From: Spirochaetia bacterium
GTDB taxonomy: Bacteria > Spirochaetota > Spirochaetia > SP-2023
Length of the DNA: 64,000 nucleotides
Direction: 5' to 3'
Assembly: GCA_965225855.1 (NCBI GenBank)
Contig: CBDDCK010000005.1
Location: 640,001 to 704,000, forward strand
Shown: piece after piece, positions 10,094 through 21,378 of the stretch
Numbering within the stretch: position 1 is the first letter of the stretch
Layout of the letters: each line of letters begins with the position of its first letter
The notes under the pieces: generated by a model
What the model was told of the DNA's origin: nothing
The model's database searches: none
What the model saw: only the letters and a program-made list of their open reading frames with translations
Translations under genes and position numbers: made by a program

Positions 10094-11479
10094 ATGATGG
10101 GTAATTGTTTTCGTATTTTGTTAGGTTGTGGGATTTTTTCTAGCCATGTTTTTTGGGGTACTTTTGGGATTTTATTTTCTCAAGAGCATGATAATGATTC
10201 GTTTGCTTCGTTATATGGGCCTGTTCGCTTGGGTATTATGGTTCAGGGCCAAGGGCAGGCCCTTTATAGTTGGTTTGGGCATGCAGGTATTGTTCTTTCT
10301 GGGCCGGCAAAAGTATTGCGTTCTGTAGCGCAACAACATCAAAAATATTTTGTCCATGCGGCACAATATATGGGTGAAGAATTATTATTTGATTATGGCA
10401 ATTTTGATGCCGGCGATAAAGATTTTATTCTCGACTTATTGACCGGTAAACTGAATTATTATAAATCGTATAAGAATTTTCAGCGATATAAAGAGAAAAA
10501 TGCTATATATCGAAAACGTGGGCTTGATGTATATTGGCTTAATTTAGATTCTGAAGCGAAACAAAAATTTGTTCAAATATTATTTCGGGATACAAACCCT
10601 AAAAATCGAGTTTACAAATACGATTTTTACTTTGATAATTGCCTAACTAGAATACGCGACCAACTAAATGAAGTTTTTGATGGCCGTTTAAAAGAGCAAA
10701 TTACAAGGATTAGTGCATATAATATTCGCCAAATTTTGCGCCGCGAAATCGGAGATAAATTTTGGGGTCTATTGTTGTTAGAATATTTGCAAGGAGCTCA
10801 AATCGATCAAAAATATTCGAGGTGGGACTCTATATTTTTCCCTAGTTATATGCCGATATTATTGCAAGAGCTACAGATACCGGGTAAAAATCAAGCTTTA
10901 CTAGTACAACACGAGAAAATTTTCCCATTTAGGCTTAATGAGTTGCAGCGTTTGCATACGTATAAATATTTTTACCAAAATGTTTGGGCTTTTACAGCGT
11001 ATGTGGTCCTATCATTTTTGATTGTATTTTTATGCTATTATTATAAGATAGCATTCCGTTTTAAACGATGGAGCAAAGTTATTTATTATGGATTGACAGT
11101 AATTATAAGTATATTACTAGGGGGGCTATCTGGAGTGATTTGGCTGGCGAATATATTGCATAACTTTGACGTTGCCTTGGAAAATGCTTTGATTTTATTA
11201 GGTAGCCCATTTTTATTATTGCAGCTGCCTGCTTTATTATTGTTGAGTTTTCGTTCTCTACGTGATCGAATTCATCGTCAAGCTAAAATTTTTATACTGT
11301 GGAATTGGCGCATTCATACATTCTTGGCATTTCTTGTACCTGTTTGGGCTTGGTTGTATAGTTTCATTTGGCAAAAATCCATGCAAAATATACTCTTGCC
11401 GTGGGCTGCTGTTTTGCCAGTACTACTGATTATCATATGTTTATCTGATAAAATTAAGACAATTCAATTGGTAAAATAA
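10094..11479 (+). CDS. DUF4105 / Lnb-like membrane protein
   Basis: LYSWFGHAGI, FDYGNFD, YKYDFYFDNCLTRIRD plus C-terminal transmembrane helices. Confidence 0.8.
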   Translation: MMGNCFRILLGCGIFSSHVFWGTFGILFSQEHDNDSFASLYGPVRLGIMVQGQGQALYSWFGHAGIVLSGPAKVLRSVAQQHQKYFVHAAQYMGEELLFDYGNFDAGDKDFILDLLTGKLNYYKSYKNFQRYKEKNAIYRKRGLDVYWLNLDSEAKQKFVQILFRDTNPKNRVYKYDFYFDNCLTRIRDQLNEVFDGRLKEQITRISAYNIRQILRREIGDKFWGLLLLEYLQGAQIDQKYSRWDSIFFPSYMPILLQELQIPGKNQALLVQHEKIFPFRLNELQRLHTYKYFYQNVWAFTAYVVLSFLIVFLCYYYKIAFRFKRWSKVIYYGLTVIISILLGGLSGVIWLANILHNFDVALENALILLGSPFLLLQLPALLLLSFRSLRDRIHRQAKIFILWNWRIHTFLAFLVPVWAWLYSFIWQKSMQNILLPWAAVLPVLLIIICLSDKIKTIQLVK

Positions 11480-12616
11480 ATGACCAAAGGGGAAATCATG
11501 GATAAATCGCTAGGTGATAATACAGAGGAGTATATCACTAAATTATCGAAAATGGGTTATAAAGCCATCAAACAAGGGAAATATCAAGTAGCAGAACAAA
11601 ATTTTCGTGATATTTTAGCACTTGATGAAACAAATAATTATGCAATAGTTGGTCTAGGTGATGCGTTGCGCCGGCAAAAACGGAATAAAGAAGCTATGGA
11701 ATATTATCGCAATTGTTTAGAGCTTTATCCCGAAAATAATTATGCATTATTTGGTGTTGCCGAAAGCTACCGTGCATTAAAGTTTTATCAAAAAGCGATT
11801 GATGCTTGGGAACGCTATTCTGCCATTGATACTCAAAATATTACGGTGATGACTCGTATGGCAGATATTTACCGAAAAATGAAAAATTTGAATCGTTCCA
11901 AAAAGATTTATCAAAAAGTTTTAAAATTGGAAGCGGATAACTTATATGCTAATATTGGTTTAGCGCATGTACATTATGATTTAGGTCTGTATCAGGTTTC
12001 GCTGGATTATTGGCAACGTATTCTAAGTAGAAAAGAGGCTCGCCTTGATATCCGTGTGCTGACCTCAATAGGAAACTGTTATCGTAAACTTAATGATTTT
12101 CATCAATCGTTGGAATATTTCCGAAAAGCAGAACAACTTGACCCCCATAATTTCTATGTATTATATGGTATTGCCGATAGTTACCGTGGTTTAACATTGT
12201 TTGATAAAGCAACAGAATATTGGATTACGATGCTTAAAGCAGGTCATAATAATCAATTTATTTTAACTCGCGCAGGAGATACGGCCAGTGCTGCCGGTTT
12301 GGAACAAAAGGCAAGGGAATTTTATTCTCAAGCGTTACAGCTAGGTCCCGATATGTATGCAATTTTAGGGTTGGCCATTTTGGAGCATTCCAGTGGGAAT
12401 TACCAAGCAGCGATTGATTTGCTGGAACAACTGTTAGAAGATCATTACCACAGCCCGCGCTTGCAGTTAGATTTAGCTGTCAATTACTGTTCTATGAATA
12501 TGCCACAAAAAGCCTTTGAAAACTTAGATGTGTATATTCGTAAGGGATATGGTAATGAAGCCATTCTTGCAATGCATCAGAATTTAAAAGAGGGTCTTGA
12601 ATATAGCAATGAATAG
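11480..12616 (+). CDS. Tetratricopeptide repeat protein
   Basis: Multiple TPR units (NNYAIVGLGDA, NNYALFGVAESYR, LTSIGNCYRK). Confidence 0.88.
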   Translation: MTKGEIMDKSLGDNTEEYITKLSKMGYKAIKQGKYQVAEQNFRDILALDETNNYAIVGLGDALRRQKRNKEAMEYYRNCLELYPENNYALFGVAESYRALKFYQKAIDAWERYSAIDTQNITVMTRMADIYRKMKNLNRSKKIYQKVLKLEADNLYANIGLAHVHYDLGLYQVSLDYWQRILSRKEARLDIRVLTSIGNCYRKLNDFHQSLEYFRKAEQLDPHNFYVLYGIADSYRGLTLFDKATEYWITMLKAGHNNQFILTRAGDTASAAGLEQKAREFYSQALQLGPDMYAILGLAILEHSSGNYQAAIDLLEQLLEDHYHSPRLQLDLAVNYCSMNMPQKAFENLDVYIRKGYGNEAILAMHQNLKEGLEYSNE

Positions 12617-13088
12617 GATACTCATTCCTGGAAGTTTTGATCCTCCGACTAATGGGCATTTACATTTAATAGAGCGAGCTGCCCATTTGTTTCCATACGT
12701 TTGCATTTTGATTTCTGTTAATGCTAAAAAAAAGAACTTATTTAGCCAAGAAGAAAGATATGGTTTATTGCGAGCGATTACCAGTGGTTTTTCCAATGTG
12801 CAAGTAGACATTTGGGATGGCTTGGTTGGGGTTTATGCGAAAGAAGAGGGCTATGATGCTTTATTGCGTGGTCTGCGAAGTGAAGCAGATTTTTCTTACG
12901 AATTGGATATAGCGAATATAAACTACAGTTTGAGCCATTCCTTAGAGACTTTGTTTTTGCCTACTCGTCAAGATAAGAGCGTAATACGTTCATCGTATGT
13001 AAAAGAACTATGGTCTATGGGGACCGTAGTTGATGAATTTGTACCACAGATTGTAGCGCAATTACTGCGGCAAAAACTTGCAGAATAA
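12609..13088 (+). CDS. coaD: Phosphopantetheine adenylyltransferase
   Basis: PGSFDPPTNGHL, LRGLR..DFSYE, IRSSYVKE. Confidence 0.95.
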   Translation: MNRILIPGSFDPPTNGHLHLIERAAHLFPYVCILISVNAKKKNLFSQEERYGLLRAITSGFSNVQVDIWDGLVGVYAKEEGYDALLRGLRSEADFSYELDIANINYSLSHSLETLFLPTRQDKSVIRSSYVKELWSMGTVVDEFVPQIVAQLLRQKLAE

Positions 13089-13105
13089 TCCCGATAGAAT
13101 AAGTA

Positions 13106-14104
13106 GTGAGTTTAAATTCTGGGCTTTTGCAAAGCCAATTTCAAGATGAAGATTTACCAGAAGAGGGGTTGCGCCCAAAGTCGTTACTGGACTTTCAAGG
13201 CCAGAGTTTGGCAAAAGAAAACCTTGCCATATATATCCGTGCTGCGTTGGAACGCAAAGAAGCCCTCGACCATGTTTTTATCAGTGGGCCGCCCGGTTTA
13301 GGCAAAACCACACTGGCGGGCATTATTGCCAATGAGCTGGGTGCAGAATTCCGCTTAACATCAGCACCAGCACTGGAAAAGGCCAAAGACTTAGCTGGTC
13401 TGCTTACAAACCTCTCAGCGCGTGCGGTATTTTTTATTGACGAGATTCACCGTCTACGCCCTGTAATTGAGGAAATGCTATATATCGCGATGGAAGATCG
13501 CGAGTTGGACTGGATTATCGGCGAGGGGCCAGCGGCGCGTGCGGTGCGCATACCATTACCGCCTTTTACGTTGGTGGGTGCTACAACACGGCCTGGAGCT
13601 GTAAGTAACCCTTTGGTGACTCGGTTTGGTATACAGCAAAGGCTTAGTTATTATAGTCGTAAAGAATTAGAAGATATTATTATCCATAATGCCCAGCTGC
13701 TACCTGCTGAAATTGAAGCAGAAGCAGCAGCGTTATTGGCCCAATGTTCCCGTGGAACCCCACGGGTAGCCAACCGCTTATTGCGCCGGATGCGCGATTT
13801 TGCGCAAGTGTCGAATGGCACTGTGATCAGTTGCCAGATTGTCGATGCAGCAATGATGCGTTTAGAAATTGATTCTTTCGGTTTAGAACGAATCGATCGC
13901 GAAATATTACGTGCCATGATCGATAAATTTGGTGGTGGCCCTGTTGGAGTGGAAACTTTGGCTATTGCAGTTGGCGAGAATCGCGATGCTTTGGAAGATT
14001 TTTATGAACCATATTTGATTCAGTGTGGTTTATTACAGCGTTCGCCACGAGGTCGTATTGCAACGACTTTGGCCTACAGTCATTTGGGAAAAAGCTTAGT
14101 TTAG
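13106..14104 (+). CDS. ruvB: Holliday junction branch migration helicase RuvB
   Basis: [47 protein letters not shown]. Confidence 0.98.
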   Translation: MSLNSGLLQSQFQDEDLPEEGLRPKSLLDFQGQSLAKENLAIYIRAALERKEALDHVFISGPPGLGKTTLAGIIANELGAEFRLTSAPALEKAKDLAGLLTNLSARAVFFIDEIHRLRPVIEEMLYIAMEDRELDWIIGEGPAARAVRIPLPPFTLVGATTRPGAVSNPLVTRFGIQQRLSYYSRKELEDIIIHNAQLLPAEIEAEAAALLAQCSRGTPRVANRLLRRMRDFAQVSNGTVISCQIVDAAMMRLEIDSFGLERIDREILRAMIDKFGGGPVGVETLAIAVGENRDALEDFYEPYLIQCGLLQRSPRGRIATTLAYSHLGKSLV

Positions 14105-14106
14105 CG

Positions 14107-14889
14107 TTACGGTACCAAACACAGACTTAGAGAACGAACTTCGCTGATCCAGCCTTCTTTTTCTAACAGATAAAGAGCACGACGGCACATATCAATCGTA
14201 GCCCCCGTGGTGTAAACATCATCTACCAATAGTAATTGTAATGGCCCCCGCTTACAGTAATTTTGCCAGACTAGACGGCGGGCGGGCAGTGCTAAGCTAT
14301 AAGTATCACTGTTATACAATTGCTCTAAGCGTTGCTCACGGTTTAGGCGTTTTTGTTGTACAGTGGCATTCCTTTGCAGCAGCTGCATGATGGGAAAGGG
14401 CTTGCGGCAAATATAGCCCACTTGATCCCAAGCCTCCCGTTTTAATTTTGCTTCTCGCGGAGGAACAGGTATGATTGAGTAATTTGCAAATTCGGTAAAA
14501 TAAACTTGTTGCAATAAGGCATGGAAATATTTTGCCAATGGTAGCTCTTTGTCAAATTTGTACCAATGGAGTAATTCGGCAAACAGTCCCTGATAATAGG
14601 CCAAGGGGTAGTTGCGCGTTATTTGGAAATTTGGCTGCCCTTGTAACCTGGCTATTGCATTACAGCAAGGCTCGCAATATTGTTCGGTATTATTAACATC
14701 AAATTCTTCTATCCCACATCGCAGGCAAAATTTGGAATTTGGGTTATTGTGGGTTCTTACCCAAAGGATTTGTTGTTCACATTCAGGGCATAAAAATTGC
14801 TGGCTTAGTCTGGAACATAAGTAGCAATTCTCTCGATATAAGTTGTTACTCAATATATTGTTGGTTTTGTGTTTTCTAAAAATATTCAC
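14107..14889 (-). CDS. comF: ComF family protein (zinc ribbon + PRTase-like domain)
   Basis: CxxC pairs, IIPVP, LLVDDVYTTGAT. Confidence 0.85.
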   Translation of the reverse strand: MNIFRKHKTNNILSNNLYRENCYLCSRLSQQFLCPECEQQILWVRTHNNPNSKFCLRCGIEEFDVNNTEQYCEPCCNAIARLQGQPNFQITRNYPLAYYQGLFAELLHWYKFDKELPLAKYFHALLQQVYFTEFANYSIIPVPPREAKLKREAWDQVGYICRKPFPIMQLLQRNATVQQKRLNREQRLEQLYNSDTYSLALPARRLVWQNYCKRGPLQLLLVDDVYTTGATIDMCRRALYLLEKEGWISEVRSLSLCLVP

Positions 14890-15101
14890 TTGATAAAATA
14901 GGACAAAATCGTATAAATTTTTTCATACTAAAAATTTTTGGGATATTTTGGAACAAAATCTATTCGGTTGGAAATTTCAGTTCTGTAATAATTGCCGAAG
15001 ACTAGGCATTCTGTACAATTGCACAAGCGGGTTTAGAGTGCGGGCTAGTTCCTTTCTAGTTGGTATTTATCGTTTTTACATAGTTTATACTGGAGGTTTG
15101 A

Positions 15102-15722
15102 ATGTCGATTCAACACTATTTTCCTTTGTTTTGCCTAGATTTAGAAGGGGTCTTGTGGCCTGAAGTGTGGCATTATGTAGCTAAGTTTACGGGTATTGAA
15201 GAATTGGGTCTGACGACCCAGGAAATTGGTAGCTACGATGAATTAATGCACATACGGCTTCGTGCCTTGGAAAATTCAAAAATTAGATTATCGCAGATTC
15301 AAGAGTATATTCAAGATTTACAGCCTTTAGATGGAGCCCACAATTTTTTGAATGAATTGCGCCAGCTAGGCCAAGTAGTGATTATTTCCGATACCTTTGC
15401 CGAGTTTTTGGGCCCGGTTTTACGGGAGCTCAATAACCCGATGGTTTTTTGTAATGCTTTGGAAGTCGATAGTGATGGCTTTATTAAGCGGCACATTATG
15501 CGCAGTAGTATTGGAAAAAAGGGTATGTTGGCTGCGCTCTCGAGCCAAGGCTATAGTATTGGGGCTGCTGGGGATTCATACAATGATATTGGTATGTTAC
15601 AAGAGGCCCAATGGGGTGCTTTTTTATTTGCACCACAGCATATTACGCAACAGTTTCCACAATTGCCCAATATGCAATCCTACGGTGATTTGTTGAGCTA
15701 TTGGAAACATAGCTTGTATTAA
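15102..15722 (+). CDS. thrH: Phosphoserine phosphatase/homoserine phosphotransferase (HAD family)
   Basis: CLDLEGVLWPEVW, IISDTF, AAGDSYNDIGML. Confidence 0.9.
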   Translation: MSIQHYFPLFCLDLEGVLWPEVWHYVAKFTGIEELGLTTQEIGSYDELMHIRLRALENSKIRLSQIQEYIQDLQPLDGAHNFLNELRQLGQVVIISDTFAEFLGPVLRELNNPMVFCNALEVDSDGFIKRHIMRSSIGKKGMLAALSSQGYSIGAAGDSYNDIGMLQEAQWGAFLFAPQHITQQFPQLPNMQSYGDLLSYWKHSLY

Positions 15723-15809
15723 AAAATTTCTTGAAAAATAATTTTATTTATTGGTAAAAATGCATCGATCAATGGGAGGCCTTTAGAAAGGAAATGCTTA
15801 GGAGGGGAC

Positions 15810-17438
15810 ATGATTTTACGCAGCGAAGATTACCAATTTGAACAAACAGTGTCTTTCGTCCAGCTTGATGAATATTATAACGAGCCGAAAGTAGAGTCGG
15901 TGCGTGGCAAGTTGTGGCAGCAACAGTTGCCATCGTTCAAGCGGAGTTTTTTGCATTTTAACAGTGATGGCCATTTGCTTTTATGCCGTACGGATACCGG
16001 GCAATCGGAGGAGGTGCGCTGTAATTATCAAGATGGTATGTTGGTCAGTCGTATCTTTATTGCCCAGAACGGCAGTGTTTATCGGGTGGAAAACCGCATT
16101 TACAATGAAGAAAATCTGTTAGTAGAAAAAAACTTCCAAGAGAATGGGATTATAAAGCAGCAGGTACGGTACAAATATAATGAGAAGTTTCAGCTAATCG
16201 AAGAGGAAAATCAGAAGCATATTAAATTATATTTTTATAATGATGATGGTTTATGCTATGAGCAACAGTTGCATGCTGGAAATGAGCATGTTCAATCATG
16301 TTTATATTATTATGATAAAGATAATAATATAGTGGAATTGCGTGAGGAAAGTCCTATAGGCCAAACATGCCGGTTGCATAAATATAGTTATGAGCATCAA
16401 TTGGTTTCCAGTTATCAGCTTATCAACCAAGATGGTTTAATTTTGACCAACTTAGAATATAAATACAGTAATTTTATTGGAAATGATTGGCTGGAACGTT
16501 ATACCTGGCGGCTTAGTGGGCGTTCGGGTAAATTGTCTTACCATTCGTTGCATTCGTGTTGGCGCAGCCCTTGCTTGGAGAGCAGCAGCTATGAATCATA
16601 CTTTTGCCGAGATTTTCAAACTTTAGAATTATCTAAAGGGAGTTACTATGGCCAGACTACCAATCTGGGTATAATGCATGGCCAAGGGCGTTTGGACTTT
16701 TTTGATGGTTCTTGTTACATAGGTCGTTTTGATAATGGGTGTATGGATGGTTATGGCTGTTTTTATTGGCCAGATGGCCGCGTTTACCGCGGTTATTTTG
16801 AGAAGAACAAAATGCAGGGGTTGGGTAATTATTATTTAGTCGATGGCTCTTTGTATCGGGGGACTTTTGCTGAAGGTCAATTGCTTTCTAGTAAGCCGTA
16901 TTATTATTTGGCTAGTACTTCGCCGTTGTCCAAGTTGTCTAGGCAAAATCGTAGAGCACAGGCTGCCAACCGTTTGAACCGCCAATTAGACTACCAAGTT
17001 AAAGACATTATTGAAATTGAAGAAATTCGCCAAGAAGAGCATAAAAGTGATGATCAAAAGTTTATTGAATTAGCTACTAAAGCCGTACAACAAAAATGGC
17101 AACAGGAGTCTATTGAGCCAGAGCAGGCAGTGCTGCTTGAGCAAACGTCTGAAACAGAATCTGTAGGTGAACAGCATAATTTGGATTTGTTTTGTTGTGA
17201 GCAGTATCCGGAAGAGTTGACAGAAAATTTTATGGCAGAGGATTTTATTGATATATTTTCCGAAATAGTAAATCCTGAAGTGGTAGCAGAAAGTGGCCAG
17301 ACTGTAGATTTTAGCCAAGATTTGGGAAAGCAAGGAGATATTTTGGAAAAGCTTGAGCAAGGTTTACAAGAAAATGACAGTGAGCTTCCCAAAGAGTTTA
17401 TGTTAGAAAATGTGGCCATGCATTGTGGGCAGGCTTGA
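15810..17438 (+). CDS. Protein with YD/RHS-like repeats, MORN repeats and acidic C-terminal tail
   Basis: Y.Y.E..L.E.E repeats; YIGRFDNGCMDGYG, YRGYFEKNKMQGLG MORN units. Confidence 0.7.
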   Translation: MILRSEDYQFEQTVSFVQLDEYYNEPKVESVRGKLWQQQLPSFKRSFLHFNSDGHLLLCRTDTGQSEEVRCNYQDGMLVSRIFIAQNGSVYRVENRIYNEENLLVEKNFQENGIIKQQVRYKYNEKFQLIEEENQKHIKLYFYNDDGLCYEQQLHAGNEHVQSCLYYYDKDNNIVELREESPIGQTCRLHKYSYEHQLVSSYQLINQDGLILTNLEYKYSNFIGNDWLERYTWRLSGRSGKLSYHSLHSCWRSPCLESSSYESYFCRDFQTLELSKGSYYGQTTNLGIMHGQGRLDFFDGSCYIGRFDNGCMDGYGCFYWPDGRVYRGYFEKNKMQGLGNYYLVDGSLYRGTFAEGQLLSSKPYYYLASTSPLSKLSRQNRRAQAANRLNRQLDYQVKDIIEIEEIRQEEHKSDDQKFIELATKAVQQKWQQESIEPEQAVLLEQTSETESVGEQHNLDLFCCEQYPEELTENFMAEDFIDIFSEIVNPEVVAESGQTVDFSQDLGKQGDILEKLEQGLQENDSELPKEFMLENVAMHCGQA

Positions 17439-17587
17439 TGGGAGAACACAGCAAGTTAAGAAATATCGAGATTTTTTGTTTGTAATACAATTGCAGCAGC
17501 AAGATGTACCATCATTCTTGATTTTGTTAATCCTAGTATGTGGTTGTTCTGTTATTTTATTAGGCCCTTCAGTTTGGATTGTAATTT

Positions 17588-18169
17588 ATGGCTCTGAAAA
17601 TTCGCTATAATGCGCCTTTAACCTTGACATTTTCACTTGCATGTACAGTTGTGCTATTGCTTGATTACTATTTAGGTTTGGGTATAGGCGAGAAATACTT
17701 TGTTGTTTATGGTAGAAATTGGTTTTTTTGGAGTGATAAGCGCCAGTATTACCAGTTAGTTAGCCACGTATTAGGCCACCGAGATTGGGATCATTTGTTG
17801 GGTAATTTAACTTATATCTTATTACTCGGGCCGATTCTTGAAGAAAAGTTTGGCCCTTTTCGTTTGGGGTTTATGGTGCTTATAACTGCCTTTGTTACAG
17901 GGGTAATTAATGTTACTTATTACGATAGCGGCTTGATGGGGGCTAGTGGCATTGTGTTTATGATGATTACTTTAATTTCTATTGTGAATATCCGCCGATA
18001 TGAAATCCCAATGACTTTAATTTTAATGGCACTACTGTATTTAGCACGGGAGATAATTGGTTTGTTTACCAATGATAGTGTTTCCCAAATAGCCCATATC
18101 AGTGGCGGTATTATGGGCATTGTTCTGGGCTTTATTGTTCCGCCAAAATTGGTAGTCAAAAACCGCTAG
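17588..18169 (+). CDS. Rhomboid family intramembrane serine protease
   Basis: HLLGN, GASG, AHISG motifs. Confidence 0.9.
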   Translation: MALKIRYNAPLTLTFSLACTVVLLLDYYLGLGIGEKYFVVYGRNWFFWSDKRQYYQLVSHVLGHRDWDHLLGNLTYILLLGPILEEKFGPFRLGFMVLITAFVTGVINVTYYDSGLMGASGIVFMMITLISIVNIRRYEIPMTLILMALLYLAREIIGLFTNDSVSQIAHISGGIMGIVLGFIVPPKLVVKNR

Positions 18170-18291
18170 CAGCGTTAGCGCAAGGACCGTGAGCTATACC
18201 ATCTCGTGTAGTGAATCCCTTCTAATAATAGAATGGAGCTTATGGCTGCAATAAGATCTCTATTATGGGTAGAAATAGTGCGCCCAACTCC

Positions 18292-20970
18292 TCAAGAAGT
18301 AGTTTGATTGCTTGATTGTATTACTGCTTGAGCTGCAGCAAGGCATGCAAAAGGTACTCTTAATGTAGAACAGGATACATAGTTTAATCCACATTGGTAT
18401 GCAAAGTTGATAGAGTGGGGTTCTCCTCCGTGTTCACCACAAATGCCAATAGAAAGGTCTGGTTTTGTTGTTCTTCCTGCAATAGTAGCATGTTTCACCA
18501 GAAAGCCTACTCCTGTAGTATCTAATATTTGAAATGGATCATTTTCTAATATTTTTTCGTCAAGGTAATTAGGGAAGAAAGAAGAAGTGTCTTCTCTTGA
18601 AAAACCATAGGTGAGTTGTGTTAAGTCGTTTGTGCCAAAAGAGAAGAAATCTGCATACTGAGCAATTTTATCTGCAGTGATGGCTGCTCGAGGAATTTCT
18701 ATCATAGTGCCTATTTTTGAACTAATGCTGAGTTTATTTTTTTGTTCTTCTTCTTTTATTATAAATTGTGCAAGTTCTTTAAGGCGTGCTAATTCAGTAT
18801 ATGAGCCTACTATAGGTATCATGATTTCAGGCTTTACTTTAATGCCTTTTTTAAGACATGATATTTCAGCATTGATGATTGCTCTAATTTGCATTTCATA
18901 TACTTCAGGATATATAATCCCTAATCTACATCCACGCAGTCCCATCATAGGGTTGCTTTCATGAAGTCTTTGTATTCTGTGTTGTATTTCAGTAATAGAG
19001 ATATTAAGCATAGATGCTAGTTCAGATTGCTGTTTTGCTTCTTGTGGTAAGAATTCATGTAAAGGAGGATCAAGAAGCCTAATGGTTACTGGTAATCCTT
19101 TCATTGCAGTGAGGATGCCTTCAAAATCTTTTTTTTGTAAAGGAAAAAGTTTATCTAATGCTTTTTTTCTACTTTTTTGATCATCAGCAAGTATCATTTC
19201 TCGAAAAATGTATATTCTATCTTCGTTAAAAAACATGTGTTCTGTTCTACATAATCCAACTCCTTGTGCTCCCAAATTTCGGGCTTTTAAGGCATCTTCT
19301 GGAGTATCAGCGTTTGCTCGAACATTAAAACTTGAAGGATAATTTTTAGGGCGTTTTGCACCTGATCGTATTTGATCGGCATAGCTAAGAAATGTTTTTA
19401 TATCATTGTCCATACTTGCTTCAATAAGTGGAAGTGCAGTATCATATATTTCTCCCGTAGAACCATCTAAAGTGAGTACTGTTCCTACTGGATATTCTTT
19501 ATCAGCTATAATTACACTTCTATCCTTTATTTGTAGCGTAGAACAACCAACAATACAGGGGGTTCCCATTCCTCTTGCTACGACTGCAGCATGGCTTGTC
19601 ATTCCTCCCGTACTTGTGAGGATGCCTTGTACTACACTCATTCCTACAATATCTTCAGGGGATGTTTGTGCGCGTACTAATATCGTTTTAATGCCTTTTT
19701 GGGCAGAATCTTGCGCTTCCCATGAAGAAATAACTATATTTCCGACTGCTGCTCCGGGAGATGCATTGATTCCTTTCGCTAATACGGGTGATGTTTTTTT
19801 AGCTTTATCATCAATACGGGGATGAAATACTTGTTGAAATAATTTTTCATCAACACGAAGTAATGCTTCCTCTTTAGTAATAAGTTTTTCTTTTACCATA
19901 TCTACAGCAATTTTTATTGCTGCGGCACCAGTGCGTTTTCCGCTTCTTGTTTGTAAAATATATAATGTTCCTTGTTCTATGGTAAATTCTATGTCTTGCA
20001 TATCGCGATAATGCATTTCTAATGTATCTTTTATTGCTACTAATTGAGAATATATTTTTGGCTGTTGTTCTTTTAGAGTATGTATTTTCTTTGGTGTTCG
20101 TATTCCTGCTACTACATCTTCTCCTTGAGCATTCATAAGATATTCACCATAAAATACTTTTTCTCCTGTTGATGCATCACGAGTAAAAGCAACACCAGTA
20201 CCAGAATCAAGCCCAAAATTTCCAAATACCATAGATTGTACATTTGCTGCTGTTCCTAACAGTCCAGAGATTTTATTTAGTTTTCTGTATGTTATAGCTC
20301 GTTCGTTGTTCCATGAACTAAATACTGCTAAAATAGCTTCTTGTAATTGTGTGTGGACATTTTGAGGAAAATCTTTTTTTGCATGTTTCTTAAAAAGGGC
20401 TTTATATGCAAATACTACTTTTTTTAATGCTTCTGCATTAAGTTCAGTGTCTAGTGCTACATTGTATTCATTTTTTACTTTTGTGAGAACTTGTTCAAAA
20501 TCATGATGGTTCATATTATATACAACATTACCAAACATATTGATAAGTCTTCTATAGGCATCATATGCAAAACGTTCATTTTGAGAAGATTGTGCTAGCC
20601 CTATAACAGATGTATCGTTCAGCCCTAGGTTAAGAATAGTATCCATCATGCCGGGCATTGATACTGCTGCTCCAGAGCGGACTGATACTAATAATGGATT
20701 TTTAGAATCTCCTAGCTTTTTTGAAAGTATAGTTTCAAGTCGAGTGATTGCTTTTTTGGTATTTTCTTTTAGTCCTGGTGGAAACTTTTTTGTTTCATTG
20801 TATTTTGCACAAGCTTCGGTAGTAATCGTAAATCCAGGAGGGACTGGTATGTTTAAGCCTGCTATTTCAGCAAGATTAGCTCCTTTTCCTCCTAGTATTT
20901 CTTTCATTGATGAATCTCCTTCGTATATACCTTTGCCAAAGAAATATATATATGCCAATGTTTCTTTCAT
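18292..20970 (-). CDS. ppdK: Pyruvate, phosphate dikinase
   Basis: LGGKGANLAE, VSVRSGAAVSMPGMMDT, GGMTSHAAVVARG, GLCRTEHMF, SFGTNDLTQ, GICGEHGG. Confidence 0.98.
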   Translation of the reverse strand: MKETLAYIYFFGKGIYEGDSSMKEILGGKGANLAEIAGLNIPVPPGFTITTEACAKYNETKKFPPGLKENTKKAITRLETILSKKLGDSKNPLLVSVRSGAAVSMPGMMDTILNLGLNDTSVIGLAQSSQNERFAYDAYRRLINMFGNVVYNMNHHDFEQVLTKVKNEYNVALDTELNAEALKKVVFAYKALFKKHAKKDFPQNVHTQLQEAILAVFSSWNNERAITYRKLNKISGLLGTAANVQSMVFGNFGLDSGTGVAFTRDASTGEKVFYGEYLMNAQGEDVVAGIRTPKKIHTLKEQQPKIYSQLVAIKDTLEMHYRDMQDIEFTIEQGTLYILQTRSGKRTGAAAIKIAVDMVKEKLITKEEALLRVDEKLFQQVFHPRIDDKAKKTSPVLAKGINASPGAAVGNIVISSWEAQDSAQKGIKTILVRAQTSPEDIVGMSVVQGILTSTGGMTSHAAVVARGMGTPCIVGCSTLQIKDRSVIIADKEYPVGTVLTLDGSTGEIYDTALPLIEASMDNDIKTFLSYADQIRSGAKRPKNYPSSFNVRANADTPEDALKARNLGAQGVGLCRTEHMFFNEDRIYIFREMILADDQKSRKKALDKLFPLQKKDFEGILTAMKGLPVTIRLLDPPLHEFLPQEAKQQSELASMLNISITEIQHRIQRLHESNPMMGLRGCRLGIIYPEVYEMQIRAIINAEISCLKKGIKVKPEIMIPIVGSYTELARLKELAQFIIKEEEQKNKLSISSKIGTMIEIPRAAITADKIAQYADFFSFGTNDLTQLTYGFSREDTSSFFPNYLDEKILENDPFQILDTTGVGFLVKHATIAGRTTKPDLSIGICGEHGGEPHSINFAYQCGLNYVSCSTLRVPFACLAAAQAVIQSSNQTTS

Positions 20971-21107
20971 AAGAACTCCTTATCGATTTTCAAGTATTTA
21001 GAGTATACCATCTTTAAAAATTAATGCAAAGCTTTTTTTAAAAATTAGTGCAAAACTTTTAAGATACAACTAAAGAAATTAAATACTTTTCTGCACCACC
21101 ATATCAT

Positions 21108-21378
21108 ATGGCAAAAAGAAAGATATATCGATACAAGCAATTCATGCATGTTTTAAAAGAATATCTTGTTATAAAAGTGGTTTATATTGGAATAACAAAC
21201 AATCCAGAAAGACGAGAAAGGGAACATTGCTTAGATGGTAAAAAATTCTCGCATATGAAAGTAGTTTCTATAAGAAGAATGACAAAAGCGGGTGCGAAAA
21301 AAGAGAAGCGAAAAGGTTGGCGCGATATAGAAAAAACCAAGGGAAAATCCCACATATAACAAAAATTCTAACGGTTAA
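21108..21378 (+). pseudogene. Small GIY-YIG-like nuclease, probably frameshifted
   Basis: VVYIGITNNPERREREH; expected C-terminal (E..RL.RY...G.NPTYNKNSNG*) lies in shifted frames ending at TAA 21376-21378. Confidence 0.55.
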
